From: an uncultured Gemmatimonadales bacterium
GTDB taxonomy: Bacteria; Gemmatimonadota; Gemmatimonadetes; Gemmatimonadales; GWC2-71-9
Reading direction: 5' to 3'
Length of the DNA stretch: 64,000 bases
NCBI GenBank assembly: GCA_963748815.1
Contig: CAVVKJ010000017.1
Span: 1-64,000, forward strand
Positions 9,721-18,797 of this stretch are shown piece after piece; the first letter of the stretch is position 1, and each line of letters opens with the position of its first letter. The notes below the pieces were generated by a model that saw nothing but the letters and a program-made list of their open reading frames with translations, did no database searches and was not told where the DNA came from. The position numbers and the translations under genes are program-made.

Positions 9721-11115
9721 TTACTTGATCTGCTTCAGCTCCACCCGCCGGTTCTGGGCTCGGCCTTCCTGCGTCGCGTTCGTCGCGACCGGGAACTCCG
9801 GACCGTAGCCCTTGGCCTGCAGCATGCCGGCCGGGACACCCTTGCTGACGAGGTACTTGAGCACGGCCTCCGCACGCTGCTGCGAAAGCGTCATGTTGTG
9901 GGCCCGACCGCCTGTATTGTCCGTGTAGCCGGCCACTTCGAGGCGGTACCCGCTCGGGTTGTACTGTACGAAGTTCGCGACCTTGTCCAGCATTCCGGTG
10001 GAGGTCGGGTCGAGGACGGCGCTGTTGGTGGCGAAGTTGACACCCTCCAGCACAACCGCCGTCTTGCCGGGTTCGAACAGGATCGGGCACCCCTCGGCGT
10101 TGACCTTCATGCCGGCGGGCGTGTTCGGGCACTTGTCCATGTAATCAGCCACGCCATCCCCATCCGAGTCGACCGGGCAGCCCTTGGTATCCACCTTGGC
10201 GCCAGGAGGCGTATTCGGGCACTGATCGAGGCCGTTGTCGACCCCGTCCCTGTCCTGGTCGGCCGGGCAGCCCTTGGCGTCGACCGTCGCACCCATCGGG
10301 GTGTTCGGGCACTGGTCGATCCCGTTGTAGACGCCGTCCTTGTCCGCGTCGGTGGGGCAGCCGGCGGCATCCACCGTCGCGCCCGCCGGGGTGTTCGGGC
10401 ACTTGTCGAGGTTGTTGGTCACGCCATCCTTGTCGGCGTCGCCCCAGGGGCAGCCGCTGGCGTCGACCGAGGTGCCGATCGGGGTGTTGGGACAGAGATC
10501 CGGGGTCTTGTCCGGCACGCCGTCCTTGTCCGTGTCCTTCGGGGTGGCCGGCTTGCCGCCGAACGCGAAGGTCAGCATGGCGTCCATGCCCAGGTCAAAG
10601 CGACTGTCGTTGGCCGCACTGGTTTCGTTGAAGGGATTGATGATGTAGTCGCCCGTCAGGTCGACGCGCAGCGACACCCGGCCGCCGCCAAGCCGAACCC
10701 CCACGAGCCCGCCGGGGCCGGCATCGGCGTCGGTCGTGGTGCTGTAGTACGACTCCAGGCTGTCACCGCCCCACTGGTTGTACACAGCGCCCAGACCGAA
10801 AATGAACCCGAAGTTGCGACTGACGTTCGCATAGTAGGTGAGCCGGCCGTGGATCGGCATTTCGGTCACGTCGATGCTGCTGTTGGTCGGGGTCGTCGAG
10901 TAGTAGAAGACGTCCCCTTCCAGGCCGATCTTGTCGGTAAACATGTACCCCAGCCGGCCACCGAATCCGATGGGGTCGTCAAGGTTGAGGGTATCGGCGT
11001 AGAACGGCATGCCGGCGCCGACGCCGACCTGGAACTGCCCTTTTTGCTGGGCGTTTGCTGACGCTGCAACCCCAAGGGTCAGCAACGCGACGAGTACCAC
11101 ACGTTTCCCGGACAT
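9721..11115 (-). CDS. OmpA family protein: beta-barrel, 5 thrombospondin type-3-like Ca-binding repeats and OmpA C-terminal domain
   Basis: Signal peptide; five DxDxDGVxxxxDxCPNTP repeats; VNFATNS, VAGYTD, LSQQRA and GRAQNRRVE motifs. Confidence 0.93.
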   Translation of the reverse strand: MSGKRVVLVALLTLGVAASANAQQKGQFQVGVGAGMPFYADTLNLDDPIGFGGRLGYMFTDKIGLEGDVFYYSTTPTNSSIDVTEMPIHGRLTYYANVSRNFGFIFGLGAVYNQWGGDSLESYYSTTTDADAGPGGLVGVRLGGGRVSLRVDLTGDYIINPFNETSAANDSRFDLGMDAMLTFAFGGKPATPKDTDKDGVPDKTPDLCPNTPIGTSVDASGCPWGDADKDGVTNNLDKCPNTPAGATVDAAGCPTDADKDGVYNGIDQCPNTPMGATVDAKGCPADQDRDGVDNGLDQCPNTPPGAKVDTKGCPVDSDGDGVADYMDKCPNTPAGMKVNAEGCPILFEPGKTAVVLEGVNFATNSAVLDPTSTGMLDKVANFVQYNPSGYRLEVAGYTDNTGGRAHNMTLSQQRAEAVLKYLVSKGVPAGMLQAKGYGPEFPVATNATQEGRAQNRRVELKQIK

Positions 11116-11167
11116 GGATCGGACTCCTGAAGGTGAGAGTGCAGTCTCCAACCTACAGGGGGAGTAT

Positions 11168-11207
11168 GAAAAAATACGCGCCGGAATCGTGAGATTCCGG
11201 CGCGTAT
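11168..11207 (-). terminator. Rho-independent terminator after ompA copy 1
   Basis: ATACGCGCCGGAATC-gtga-GATTCCGGCGCGTAT stem followed by a T-run on the minus strand. Confidence 0.8.
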
Positions 11208-11227
11208 CCTTCACGCTTGGCGGGAGG

Positions 11228-12646
11228 CTACTTGATCTGCTTCAGCTCCACCCGCCGGTTGTTCGCACGACCAGCCGCAGTCGCGTTGGTGTCGATCGGG
11301 AAGTCCGGACCGTAGCCCTTGGCCTGGAGCATACCGGCCGGGACACCCTTGCTCTCGAGGTACTTCACCACCGATTCCGCGCGCTGCTGCGAGAGCCGCA
11401 TGTTGTGCGCCCGGCTGCCGGTGTTGTCCGTGTACCCGGCCACTTCCAGCCGGTACCCGGCCGGATTGTACTGGACGAAGTTCGCCACCTTGTCCAAGGT
11501 CGAGGTGTCGGTCTCGTCGAGCACCGCGCTGTTCGTGGCGAAGTTGACGCCCTGCAGCACGACCGCCGTCTTGCCCGGCTCGAAGAGGAGCGGGCAGCCC
11601 TCGGCGTTGACCTTCATGCCGGCCGGGGTGTTCGGGCACTTGTCGGCATAGTCCGCCACGCCGTCGCCGTCCGAGTCCACCGGGCAGCCCTTGGCGTCCA
11701 CCTTGGCGCCAGCAGGCGTATCGGGGCACTGGTCGATGCCGTTGTAGACGCCGTCGCTGTCCTGGTCCGCCGGGCAGCCCTTGGCGTCCACCGTCGCACC
11801 CATCGGGGTGTTCGGGCACTGATCGATGCCGTTGTACACGCCATCCTTGTCGGTGTCAGACGGGCAGCCGCTCGCGTCGACCGTGGCGCCCATCGGGGTG
11901 TTCGGGCACTTGTCGATATTGTCGGTCACGCCATCCTTGTCGGCGTCGCCGTAGGGACAGCCGTTGGCGTCCACCGCGGTGCCGAGCGGGGTGTTCGGGC
12001 AGAGGTCGGTCTTGTCCGGCACGCCGTCCTTGTCCGTGTCCTTCGGCGTGCCAGCCTTGCCGCCGAACGCGATGCTCAGCATGGCGTTGAGCGCCAGGTC
12101 GACGCGGCTGTCCTGGGCGACCGGGCTGCCGAACGAGCTGGTGGTGTCGTTGATCGGCGAGGTGATGTAGTCGCCGGTCAGGTCAACCCGCATGGAGACC
12201 TTGCCGGCGTTGCCGAACCGCAGGCCGAAGAGGGCGCCGGGACCGCCGTCGCTGCTCTTGTCGGTCATGAAGTACGTCTTCGCGCTGTCGCCCCACAAGT
12301 TGTAGGCGTAGCCGAGCCCGAAGATGACGCCGATACCGGCACCCAGCGGAGTGTTGTAGGTGAGCCGGAAGTGCATCGGGATTTCGGTGACGGTCACGCC
12401 GGTGTAGTTGAGGTTCGAGGGCTCGGTGCTGTAGTAGAACGCGTCAGCCTCGAAGCCGATCTTCTCGGTGAACATGTAGCCGAGCCGGGCGCCGACGCCG
12501 ACGTTGTCGTTCAGGCCGAGATCGGAGGCGTAGAAGGGCAGACCGGCGCCAAGCCCGACCTGGAACTGTCCCTTCTCCTGGGCGTGCGCAGGTGCCGTCG
12601 CCATCAAGGCGACCGCTGCGCAGAGAACTGAGAGCTTACGGATCAT
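11228..12646 (-). CDS. OmpA family protein with 5 thrombospondin type-3-like repeats (paralog of the neighbour)
   Basis: Same architecture as 9721-11115; AGGAG RBS before ATG 12646; ends NRRVELKQIK. Confidence 0.93.
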   Translation of the reverse strand: MIRKLSVLCAAVALMATAPAHAQEKGQFQVGLGAGLPFYASDLGLNDNVGVGARLGYMFTEKIGFEADAFYYSTEPSNLNYTGVTVTEIPMHFRLTYNTPLGAGIGVIFGLGYAYNLWGDSAKTYFMTDKSSDGGPGALFGLRFGNAGKVSMRVDLTGDYITSPINDTTSSFGSPVAQDSRVDLALNAMLSIAFGGKAGTPKDTDKDGVPDKTDLCPNTPLGTAVDANGCPYGDADKDGVTDNIDKCPNTPMGATVDASGCPSDTDKDGVYNGIDQCPNTPMGATVDAKGCPADQDSDGVYNGIDQCPDTPAGAKVDAKGCPVDSDGDGVADYADKCPNTPAGMKVNAEGCPLLFEPGKTAVVLQGVNFATNSAVLDETDTSTLDKVANFVQYNPAGYRLEVAGYTDNTGSRAHNMRLSQQRAESVVKYLESKGVPAGMLQAKGYGPDFPIDTNATAAGRANNRRVELKQIK

Positions 12647-12905
12647 GAAACGCTCCTGAGGGGTGTGGAACTCGACCGGGGCGATCTTGTGACGCCCAGG
12701 CGTATGATGCTCAATCGGCGATGCGCTGACATGCAATGGGGCGTCGACTTGTACTCCTTCCTGAATCGGCGGGCCGCGGCCATGGGCCAACCGGAGGAAC
12801 GAGGCTCGGGGATAAACTAACACGGGAAGCCGCAAGGGGCTATCCCTCCCCCCAACGTGTGGCCCGCCGTAAACGAGCGCAAGAGAGCCCGAACATTTCC
12901 CGAAC

Positions 12906-12940
12906 AAAAATCCCTATCCCGGCCTGGGCCTGAATAGGGG
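12906..12940 (-). terminator. Terminator of the tRNA operon
   Basis: Minus strand CCCTATTCAGGCC..GGCCGGGATAGGG followed by ATTTTT. Confidence 0.65.
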
Positions 12941-12942
12941 AG

Positions 12943-13015
12943 TGCGCCGCGTAGGAATCGAACCTACAACCTAGTGATTAAGAGTCACTTGCTCTGCCAA
13001 TTGAGCTAGCGGCGC
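12943..13015 (-). tRNA. tRNA-Lys(CTT)
   Basis: GCGCCGCTAGCTCAATTGGCAGAGC...AGTGA CT CTT AA TCACT...GGTTCGATTCC; cloverleaf folds. Confidence 0.95.
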
Positions 13016-13023
13016 GTGGTACA

Positions 13024-13095
13024 TAGCCCCAACGGGAGTCGAACCCGTCTCTCGACCTTGAAAGGGTCGCGTCCTAACCGATAGACGATGGGGCC
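13024..13095 (-). tRNA. tRNA-Glu(TTC)
   Basis: GGCCCCATCGTCTATCGGTTAGGAC, anticodon arm CGACC CT TTC AA GGTCG, GGTTCGACTCC. Confidence 0.95.
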
Positions 13096-13120
13096 GAGGC
13101 CCACCCGATGGTGCCGTCCA

Positions 13121-13193
<73 letters not shown>

Positions 13194-13207
13194 GTGTCAT
13201 GTCCCGA

Positions 13208-13280
13208 CAGGCCCGGCAGGAATCGAACCTGCAACCCCCGGTTTTGGAGACCGGTGCTCTACCAATTGAGCTACGGACCT
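13208..13280 (-). tRNA. tRNA-Trp(CCA)
   Basis: AGGTCCGTAGCTCAATTGGTAGAGC, anticodon arm CCGGT CT CCA AA ACCGG. Confidence 0.95.
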
Positions 13281-13314
13281 CTGCCGACGCTGCTCTGTCG
13301 GGCGTTGCGGGCAG

Positions 13315-13389
13315 GGTGGCTGACGGGGATCGAACCCGCAACCTCCGGAACCACAATCCGGCGCTCTAACCGATTGAGCTACAACCACC
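13315..13389 (-). tRNA. tRNA-His(GTG)
   Basis: GGTGGTTGTAGCTCAATCGGTTAGAGC, anticodon arm CCGGA TT GTG GT TCCGG; encoded G-1:C73 pair. Confidence 0.95.
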
Positions 13390-13420
13390 ACGAGGACCGA
13401 GGGCCCTGCCTAGCCCGGAG

Positions 13421-13449
13421 AAAATATTCACCGACCCCCCTTGGGTCAA
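13421..13449 (-). promoter_or_regulatory. Sigma70-type promoter of the tRNA operon
   Basis: TTGACC-17 bp-TATTTT about 30 nt upstream of tRNA-His. Confidence 0.65.
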
Positions 13450-14078
13450 GGCCAGAACTCCTCGATCAGCGGTGTCGTCCGCCTATCGGGAACCACTTGG
13501 ATACCATCGACTTCCACCAATCGGACGATCCCCCGCCCCGCATTGGCGGCAAACCCGCCACGAGACGCCAGTTCCGCCCCAGGCAGTGGAGCCCCGCGAA
13601 GCCCGCCCGCCAACTCGGCGAGCCTCGCCCGCGCCACGCCAGGCAGGATGCCGAATTCCAGCGGGGGAGCCGTGAGTTCGCCGTCCGACCACCAGAACAG
13701 GCTCCAGATCGACGACTCGGCCACGAAGCCCTCCTCGGACAACAGCAAGGCGTCATCCCCGCCTGCGGTGGCTGCATCGAGTCGCGCCGCATCCAGCCAT
13801 TCCCGATCCGTGGTCTTGTGGCGGTACCCCCGGTGCGGCACCCGCGCCGTCCGAAGCCGAAGCCCGGCCACCTCCTCGACCTGCCGCTCGGTGACGAGCA
13901 CCCGCTCCCGGCTGGCGTATTCAATCCGGCAGATCCGGTCGGGGCCGCCCGAAGGGGGAAGCAACTCCCGGGGAATGGAATAGCCGAGCGCCGCGGCGCT
14001 CCGCCGCACCCGCTGCTCGTGGAGCGGCCACAGCGGGACGCGACCGTCGCGCACCCGCACCGTCTCGAGAAGCGCCAT
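13446..14078 (-). CDS. Aminotransferase class IV (PabC/ADC lyase-like)
   Basis: LLETVRVRDG, HEQRVRRSA, HKTT (PLP Lys), EGFVAESSIWSLF and GILPGVAR motifs. Confidence 0.85.
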   Translation of the reverse strand: MALLETVRVRDGRVPLWPLHEQRVRRSAAALGYSIPRELLPPSGGPDRICRIEYASRERVLVTERQVEEVAGLRLRTARVPHRGYRHKTTDREWLDAARLDAATAGGDDALLLSEEGFVAESSIWSLFWWSDGELTAPPLEFGILPGVARARLAELAGGLRGAPLPGAELASRGGFAANAGRGIVRLVEVDGIQVVPDRRTTPLIEEFWP

Positions 14079-14094
14079 CCGGACGCGCGGCCGG

Positions 14095-14973
14095 TCAGGC
14101 ACGGGCGGCCACCCTCCCCGACGCACGACTCGCCAGGACGGAACGAAGCGCCGTCGCGCCGATGATGAGCACGCCACCGACGAGCGCCCACGGCCCCGGC
14201 CGCTCCCCGTGGACCAGCCAGGACCAGATCGGGTTGAGCACCGGTTCCACCAGCAGGATGATCGAGATTTCGAGCGCCGGAAGCTTGCCGACCGCCCGCG
14301 TCACGAAGGCGTAGGCCAGGGCGATCTGGAAGACGCCGAGGTACCCGATCGCGACCCAATCGCCGGCGCCGATCCCGCTGAAGGGAAGCGCCATCGGCAG
14401 CGTCGCGAAGAAGGCGAAGGCATTGCCGAGGACCACGGCGCCCGCCGGTGAGCCCCCCGACTCGTCGGCCCCCATCCATCGGAGTCCCATCAGGGTGAGC
14501 GCCCAGGTGAAGCCGGACAGCGCCGCGAGCACGTTGCCCTGGAATGGAGCGGGCGCGGTCCGCACCGGCACGTCCGTCCCGAGGAAGAACAGCACCAGCC
14601 CGGTACACACCACGGCCATGAACGCCACGTCGGCCGAGCGGATCTTCTCCTTCAGCAACCAGGGGGCGAGGAACAGGATGTAGAGCGGCCCGGTGGCCTG
14701 GAGGAAAATGGTATTGGCCGACGTCGTGAGCTTGTTGGCCGTCACGAAGAGCACCAGCGTGGCCGCATAGGCGACCGACACCAGGAAGGTGCGTGGCCGG
14801 ATGCTCCGCATCGCGCCGGGGAGCAGGAGCGCCAGGGCAACCGCGGCGATGCCTGAACGGAGGCTCGCCACCTGCCAGCTGGTCATGGCGGTGGCCTTGA
14901 TGACCGCGCCGCCGGTCGAGAAGAGGATGGCCGCCGCGACCAGTTGCGCACGGGCCCGTTGGGTCGGGAGCAT
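14095..14973 (-). CDS. EamA/DMT family transporter
   Basis: About 10 TM helices; ANKLTTSANTIFLQ, LVEPVLNPIW and GERPG motifs. Confidence 0.9.
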   Translation of the reverse strand: MLPTQRARAQLVAAAILFSTGGAVIKATAMTSWQVASLRSGIAAVALALLLPGAMRSIRPRTFLVSVAYAATLVLFVTANKLTTSANTIFLQATGPLYILFLAPWLLKEKIRSADVAFMAVVCTGLVLFFLGTDVPVRTAPAPFQGNVLAALSGFTWALTLMGLRWMGADESGGSPAGAVVLGNAFAFFATLPMALPFSGIGAGDWVAIGYLGVFQIALAYAFVTRAVGKLPALEISIILLVEPVLNPIWSWLVHGERPGPWALVGGVLIIGATALRSVLASRASGRVAARA

Positions 14974-15004
14974 GGGGCGAAGAATGTCGGGGACTCGGGG
15001 AGCC

Positions 15005-15032
15005 GTGCAAGTTTCCGGGCCAGGCGCATCTC
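15005..15032 (+). promoter_or_regulatory. Candidate ECF-sigma promoter (GTGC-N17-GCATCTC), copy 1
   Basis: Same motif with identical spacing occurs upstream of the ECF gene at 17288. Confidence 0.5.
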
Positions 15033-15059
15033 CCGGCTGCCCCAAACCAGGAGAACGTC

Positions 15060-17276
15060 ATGCGTCGTCGATTCCCCCTCGCGCTGGTGCTCGTCGCCAG
15101 CGCGGCCTCCCCGGCCGGTGCCCAAGGCTGGGTCGAGGTTGCGTCCCGCCCAGTCTCCACCCGTTCCGTCCCGATCGGCGGGCCGGTCATCCGGGTCCAG
15201 AGCGATGTCCGCGTCACCCTCGACGGTCGCATCGCGCGCATCGAGGTCGAAGAGCGATTCCGCAATGCCGGGAACGCCATGGCCGAAGGCACCTACCTGT
15301 ACCCTCTCCCCGGCGAGGCCGTCTTCACCGGCTACTCCCTCTGGATGGGGGATCAGGAAATGCAGGGTGAGATGCAGACCGCGGAGCAGGCGCGCGCCGT
15401 GTACGAAGACATCGTGCGGCGCCAGAAGGACCCCGCACTGCTCACCTACGCGGGACACGGCCTGATCCGCGCCCAGATCTTTCCCATCCAGCCCGGTGAG
15501 ACCCGCAAGATCGTCCTGCGCTATACCCAGGTCCTCGGTCGCGAGGGCGACGCCCTGCGGCTGCGCTACGCCATCGGGCCGCGCGCCACCTCGCGAGGTC
15601 TCGGCGCCGATGGCGCACCGCAGGATCTCTTCTCCATGTCCGTGACCGCACCAGCCGAAGGCACCTTCGGCACCCCATACTCCCCGACCCACCAGGTGAC
15701 ATCGCTTCGGAGCCGCGGCCAGCTGGTGGTCAGCGTCCCCAGTGGCGCCTCGGGCGACCTCGACCTCCTCTTCCCGCTACGGCGGGGCCTGGTCGGCGCC
15801 AGCGTCCTGACCCACGCCTCCGCCGGCGAGGACGGTTACTACATGCTGTTGCTCGCTCCCCCCGACGCGGCCACGAGCACGGCGCTTCCGCGCGACCTCA
15901 CGCTGGTGGTCGACGTGTCGGGCTCGATGTCCGGCACCAAGCTGGAGCAGGCCAAGGCCGCGCTCGCACAGGCGTTGGGCGCGCTCGGCGCACAGGACCG
16001 CTTCCGCCTCATCGCATTCTCCTCCGGTGTCACCGAGTTCCGCGCGGGCCAGACCCTGGCCACCCGGGCCAACGTGGCGAGCGCGCAGGAATTTGTCAGC
16101 AACCTTTCCGCCGGAGGCGGCACCAATATCGAACGGGCGCTCGACGTCGCGCTGGCCCAGGCCGGCGCGAGCGAACGGGTGTCGCTCGTCGTGTTCATGA
16201 CCGACGGGATCCCGTCGGTCGGCCAGACCGAGCCCGACCAGATCGCCGCCGCCGCGGGAAGTCGGATCGGAGCCACCCGCATCTTCACCGTCGGCGTCGG
16301 CACCGACGTCAACACCTACCTTCTCGATATGCTGGCCAAGGAAGGCCGGGGCAGCGCCACGTATGTCGCCCCGAACGCCAACATGGAGGTGGCCGTCGGC
16401 GGCCTGCTCGGACGGATCCGCCATCCGGCGCTGACCAACCTCCGCATCGTGAGCGCGCCGGTCACGCTGGTCGACGGGCAGCCGGCACAGATTCCCGACC
16501 TCTTCTATGGCGAGGAGCTGGTGGTGTTTGGTCGCTACCGTGGCACCGGCACCGGCAGCGTCGTCATCGAGGGTGAACGCAACGGCCGGAAGGAACGGTT
16601 CACCGCGCGCGCCGAGTTCACGAGCCGCGAACCGGACAACACCTTCGTCCCGCCGCTCTGGGCTTCGCGGAAAATCGGCGAGCTGACCCGCACCGCCCGT
16701 CTCGAGGGCGCCTCCCCGGCCGTCATCGAGGAGATCCGCCAGCTCGGCCTGCGGTACGGCATCCTCACGGAATACACCGCCTACCTGGTGCTGGAACCCG
16801 GGGCGGCTGGCCCGGCGGCGCCGGAGCCGTCACTCCGCGGCGGTCGCGACGCGGCGAAGAGCATGAGCGGCCAGGTCGCGTTCGAACGCGCCGAAGCCAG
16901 CGCACGGCAGTCGGAGGTCAAGACGCTGGCGGCGGCCAACCAGGCTGCCGATGAGCGGCTGGCCCAGGCGCCCTCCGCCACCGGGGCGGCCCGCGCCGAT
17001 TCCCGCCGACTGGCCGGCCGCGTGTTCGTCGACCGCGACGGCATCTGGACCGACATGACCTACAAGGCGGGGACGCTGACCATCGCGGTGGCACCGTTCA
17101 GCCCAGCATATTTCGAGCTGGTGCGCGCCCTCCCGGAACTCGCCGCCTGGCTCGGTGCGGGGGAGCACGTGGTGATTGCCGGAGCCCGGCTCAGCATCCG
17201 GATTGATTCCTCCGGGGTGAGCAGCTGGCGCGGGGGCCAGCTCACCACCACGGTCCGCGACTTCCGCGGGCAGTGA
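15060..17276 (+). CDS. Secreted VIT plus von Willebrand factor A domain protein
   Basis: Signal peptide; VIT domain (EERFRN..AEGTYLYPLP, DPALL); MIDAS DVSGSM, GGTN, TDG; LWASRKIGEL; YGILTEYTAYLV. Confidence 0.92.
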   Translation: MRRRFPLALVLVASAASPAGAQGWVEVASRPVSTRSVPIGGPVIRVQSDVRVTLDGRIARIEVEERFRNAGNAMAEGTYLYPLPGEAVFTGYSLWMGDQEMQGEMQTAEQARAVYEDIVRRQKDPALLTYAGHGLIRAQIFPIQPGETRKIVLRYTQVLGREGDALRLRYAIGPRATSRGLGADGAPQDLFSMSVTAPAEGTFGTPYSPTHQVTSLRSRGQLVVSVPSGASGDLDLLFPLRRGLVGASVLTHASAGEDGYYMLLLAPPDAATSTALPRDLTLVVDVSGSMSGTKLEQAKAALAQALGALGAQDRFRLIAFSSGVTEFRAGQTLATRANVASAQEFVSNLSAGGGTNIERALDVALAQAGASERVSLVVFMTDGIPSVGQTEPDQIAAAAGSRIGATRIFTVGVGTDVNTYLLDMLAKEGRGSATYVAPNANMEVAVGGLLGRIRHPALTNLRIVSAPVTLVDGQPAQIPDLFYGEELVVFGRYRGTGTGSVVIEGERNGRKERFTARAEFTSREPDNTFVPPLWASRKIGELTRTARLEGASPAVIEEIRQLGLRYGILTEYTAYLVLEPGAAGPAAPEPSLRGGRDAAKSMSGQVAFERAEASARQSEVKTLAAANQAADERLAQAPSATGAARADSRRLAGRVFVDRDGIWTDMTYKAGTLTIAVAPFSPAYFELVRALPELAAWLGAGEHVVIAGARLSIRIDSSGVSSWRGGQLTTTVRDFRGQ

Positions 17277-17287
17277 CCGGTCCCCTT

Positions 17288-17315
17288 GTGCGGCGCGTGG
17301 CTTGCAGGGCATCTC
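17288..17315 (+). promoter_or_regulatory. Candidate ECF-sigma promoter (GTGC-N17-GCATCTC), copy 2
   Basis: Matches the motif at 15005. Confidence 0.5.
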
Positions 17316-17352
17316 TCCCTGCAGGCCACTCCCCGCCCTCTCGATCGAGCCG

Positions 17353-17850
17353 ATGACGACCGACCTGACCGCCCTCTTCCGCGAGCATCACGCCGCCCTC
17401 GTCCGGGTCCTCTACCGGCGGACGGGGGATCACGACCGCGCGGAAGACATCGCCCAGGAGACGTTTGCCCGGGCGGTGGCGGCCCCCCCGCGCAACCCGC
17501 GCCCCTGGCTCTTTGCGGTGGCGCTGAACCTGGTCCGCGAGGACGGGCGGAAGTCGGTGCGGCAGGGGCGGCGGCTCGAGCTGTACCGGGCCGAATCGCC
17601 CCAGTCGGCGCCGGCGGCGGACCAGGCGATGGAACGATCGGACAACGTGCGTGCGGTGCAGGACGCCCTTGCCACCCTGGCGGAGCGGGACCGCGAAGCA
17701 CTGTTGCTCAAGGCCGAAGGCTTCAACTACGATGAAATCGCCGAGACGCTCGGCCTCGCCAAGGGAGCGGTCGGCACGACGCTCTCCCGGGCACGGCGCA
17801 AGCTGGTCGAGGCGTACCGCACGCAGGGAGGTCGGCATGTCGCATCCTGA
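17353..17850 (+). CDS. ECF RNA polymerase sigma-70 factor
   Basis: Region 2 AEDIAQETF, WLFAVALNL; region 4 YDEIAETLG...VGTTLSRARRKL. Confidence 0.93.
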   Translation: MTTDLTALFREHHAALVRVLYRRTGDHDRAEDIAQETFARAVAAPPRNPRPWLFAVALNLVREDGRKSVRQGRRLELYRAESPQSAPAADQAMERSDNVRAVQDALATLAERDREALLLKAEGFNYDEIAETLGLAKGAVGTTLSRARRKLVEAYRTQGGRHVAS

Positions 17851-18796
17851 CGAAGGCACCATCCAGATGCTGCTCGACGGGGAACTGGATCCCGCCGAGC
17901 GCCGCCGGGTCGAAGGTCACCTCGCAGGCTGCGCCTCCTGTGCGGCGCGCCTCACGGAAGCACGAACCATTCTTGAGGAAGCGGACCGGCTGGTGGAGGT
18001 GCTCGCGGTTCCCCAGCGGGCCGCGGCACCGCGCGCGTCGTCGCGACGGGCCGCCGCGGTGCGCACCCTCGCCTGGGCGGCCAGCATCGTCTTCGCAGTT
18101 GGCATCGGCTACTGGGGGCGCGGGGCGGAGGCACCGACGCAAACGACCCTCGCTCGTCAGGAGTTGGATACGCCGACGGCGTCAGACGCCTCCGCGCCCG
18201 TGGTCGACGCGACGCCGACGGCCGCGGGGGCGCCGGGGAATCAGCCCGGCCGGACCGCCACGGAGGCGGCGGACAAGCCGCGCGAAGCCAAGACAGTCGA
18301 CCGCCGGGCGGCCAACGAGGCGGAGCGGCAGGCACCGGCCGCTTCACCCCCTGCCCCGCCGTCGACCCTGCAGGCCGAGGCGGCGGCGCCTGCTCCGACG
18401 GGGCTCTCCGTCCGCGGCGGACGGCTCGCGGATGAATCGGTGGCCGCCTGGCGGGTCGTCTCAATGGAGGAAGCGGTCCGGGTGCTCGACGGCCAGATCC
18501 GGCTGATTGACGGACTGTCGCCGGACCGCGTGGAAACCGGCCCCGGCACGGCGGTGGCCGGAGCCGATCCGTCCCTGTCCGTGGTTCGGGTCGTCTATGA
18601 GGGGGGGGCGGTGTTCCTCGATCAGCAGCGGCCGGCGGCGACCGCCGAGCTCCGGCGGGAGAGTGCGGCCAAGGCGGCGCGGAGCGATGCGGGGGGCACG
18701 GCCCCGGCGTGGCAGGGGATCAGCGGCATCCGCTTCGTGGTGACCGGAACCATTTCTCCCGACTCCCTCAGGGAGCTGGGAGCGCGGGTGCGGTGA
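17837..18796 (+). CDS. Zinc-finger (zf-HC2) transmembrane anti-sigma factor
   Basis: H...LLDGEL...VEGHLAGCASC; TM segment WAASIVFAVGIGYW; overlaps the sigma stop. Confidence 0.85.
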   Translation: MSHPDEGTIQMLLDGELDPAERRRVEGHLAGCASCAARLTEARTILEEADRLVEVLAVPQRAAAPRASSRRAAAVRTLAWAASIVFAVGIGYWGRGAEAPTQTTLARQELDTPTASDASAPVVDATPTAAGAPGNQPGRTATEAADKPREAKTVDRRAANEAERQAPAASPPAPPSTLQAEAAAPAPTGLSVRGGRLADESVAAWRVVSMEEAVRVLDGQIRLIDGLSPDRVETGPGTAVAGADPSLSVVRVVYEGGAVFLDQQRPAATAELRRESAAKAARSDAGGTAPAWQGISGIRFVVTGTISPDSLRELGARVR

Positions 18797-18797
18797 C

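Noticed and set aside
10100..12050. Regular 87-bp repeats resembling a CRISPR array
   Set aside because: They are in-frame thrombospondin-3-like protein repeats; no unique spacers or cas genes.
9499..12631. Long plus-strand ORFs (520 and 540 aa) opposite the ompA genes, and many similar antisense ORFs across the window
   Set aside because: Shadow ORFs of high-GC coding strands; no motifs, and the opposite strand encodes recognisable proteins.
12650..12900. Riboswitch or ncRNA in the long ompA leader
   Set aside because: No recognisable family motif by eye; an Infernal/Rfam scan would be needed.
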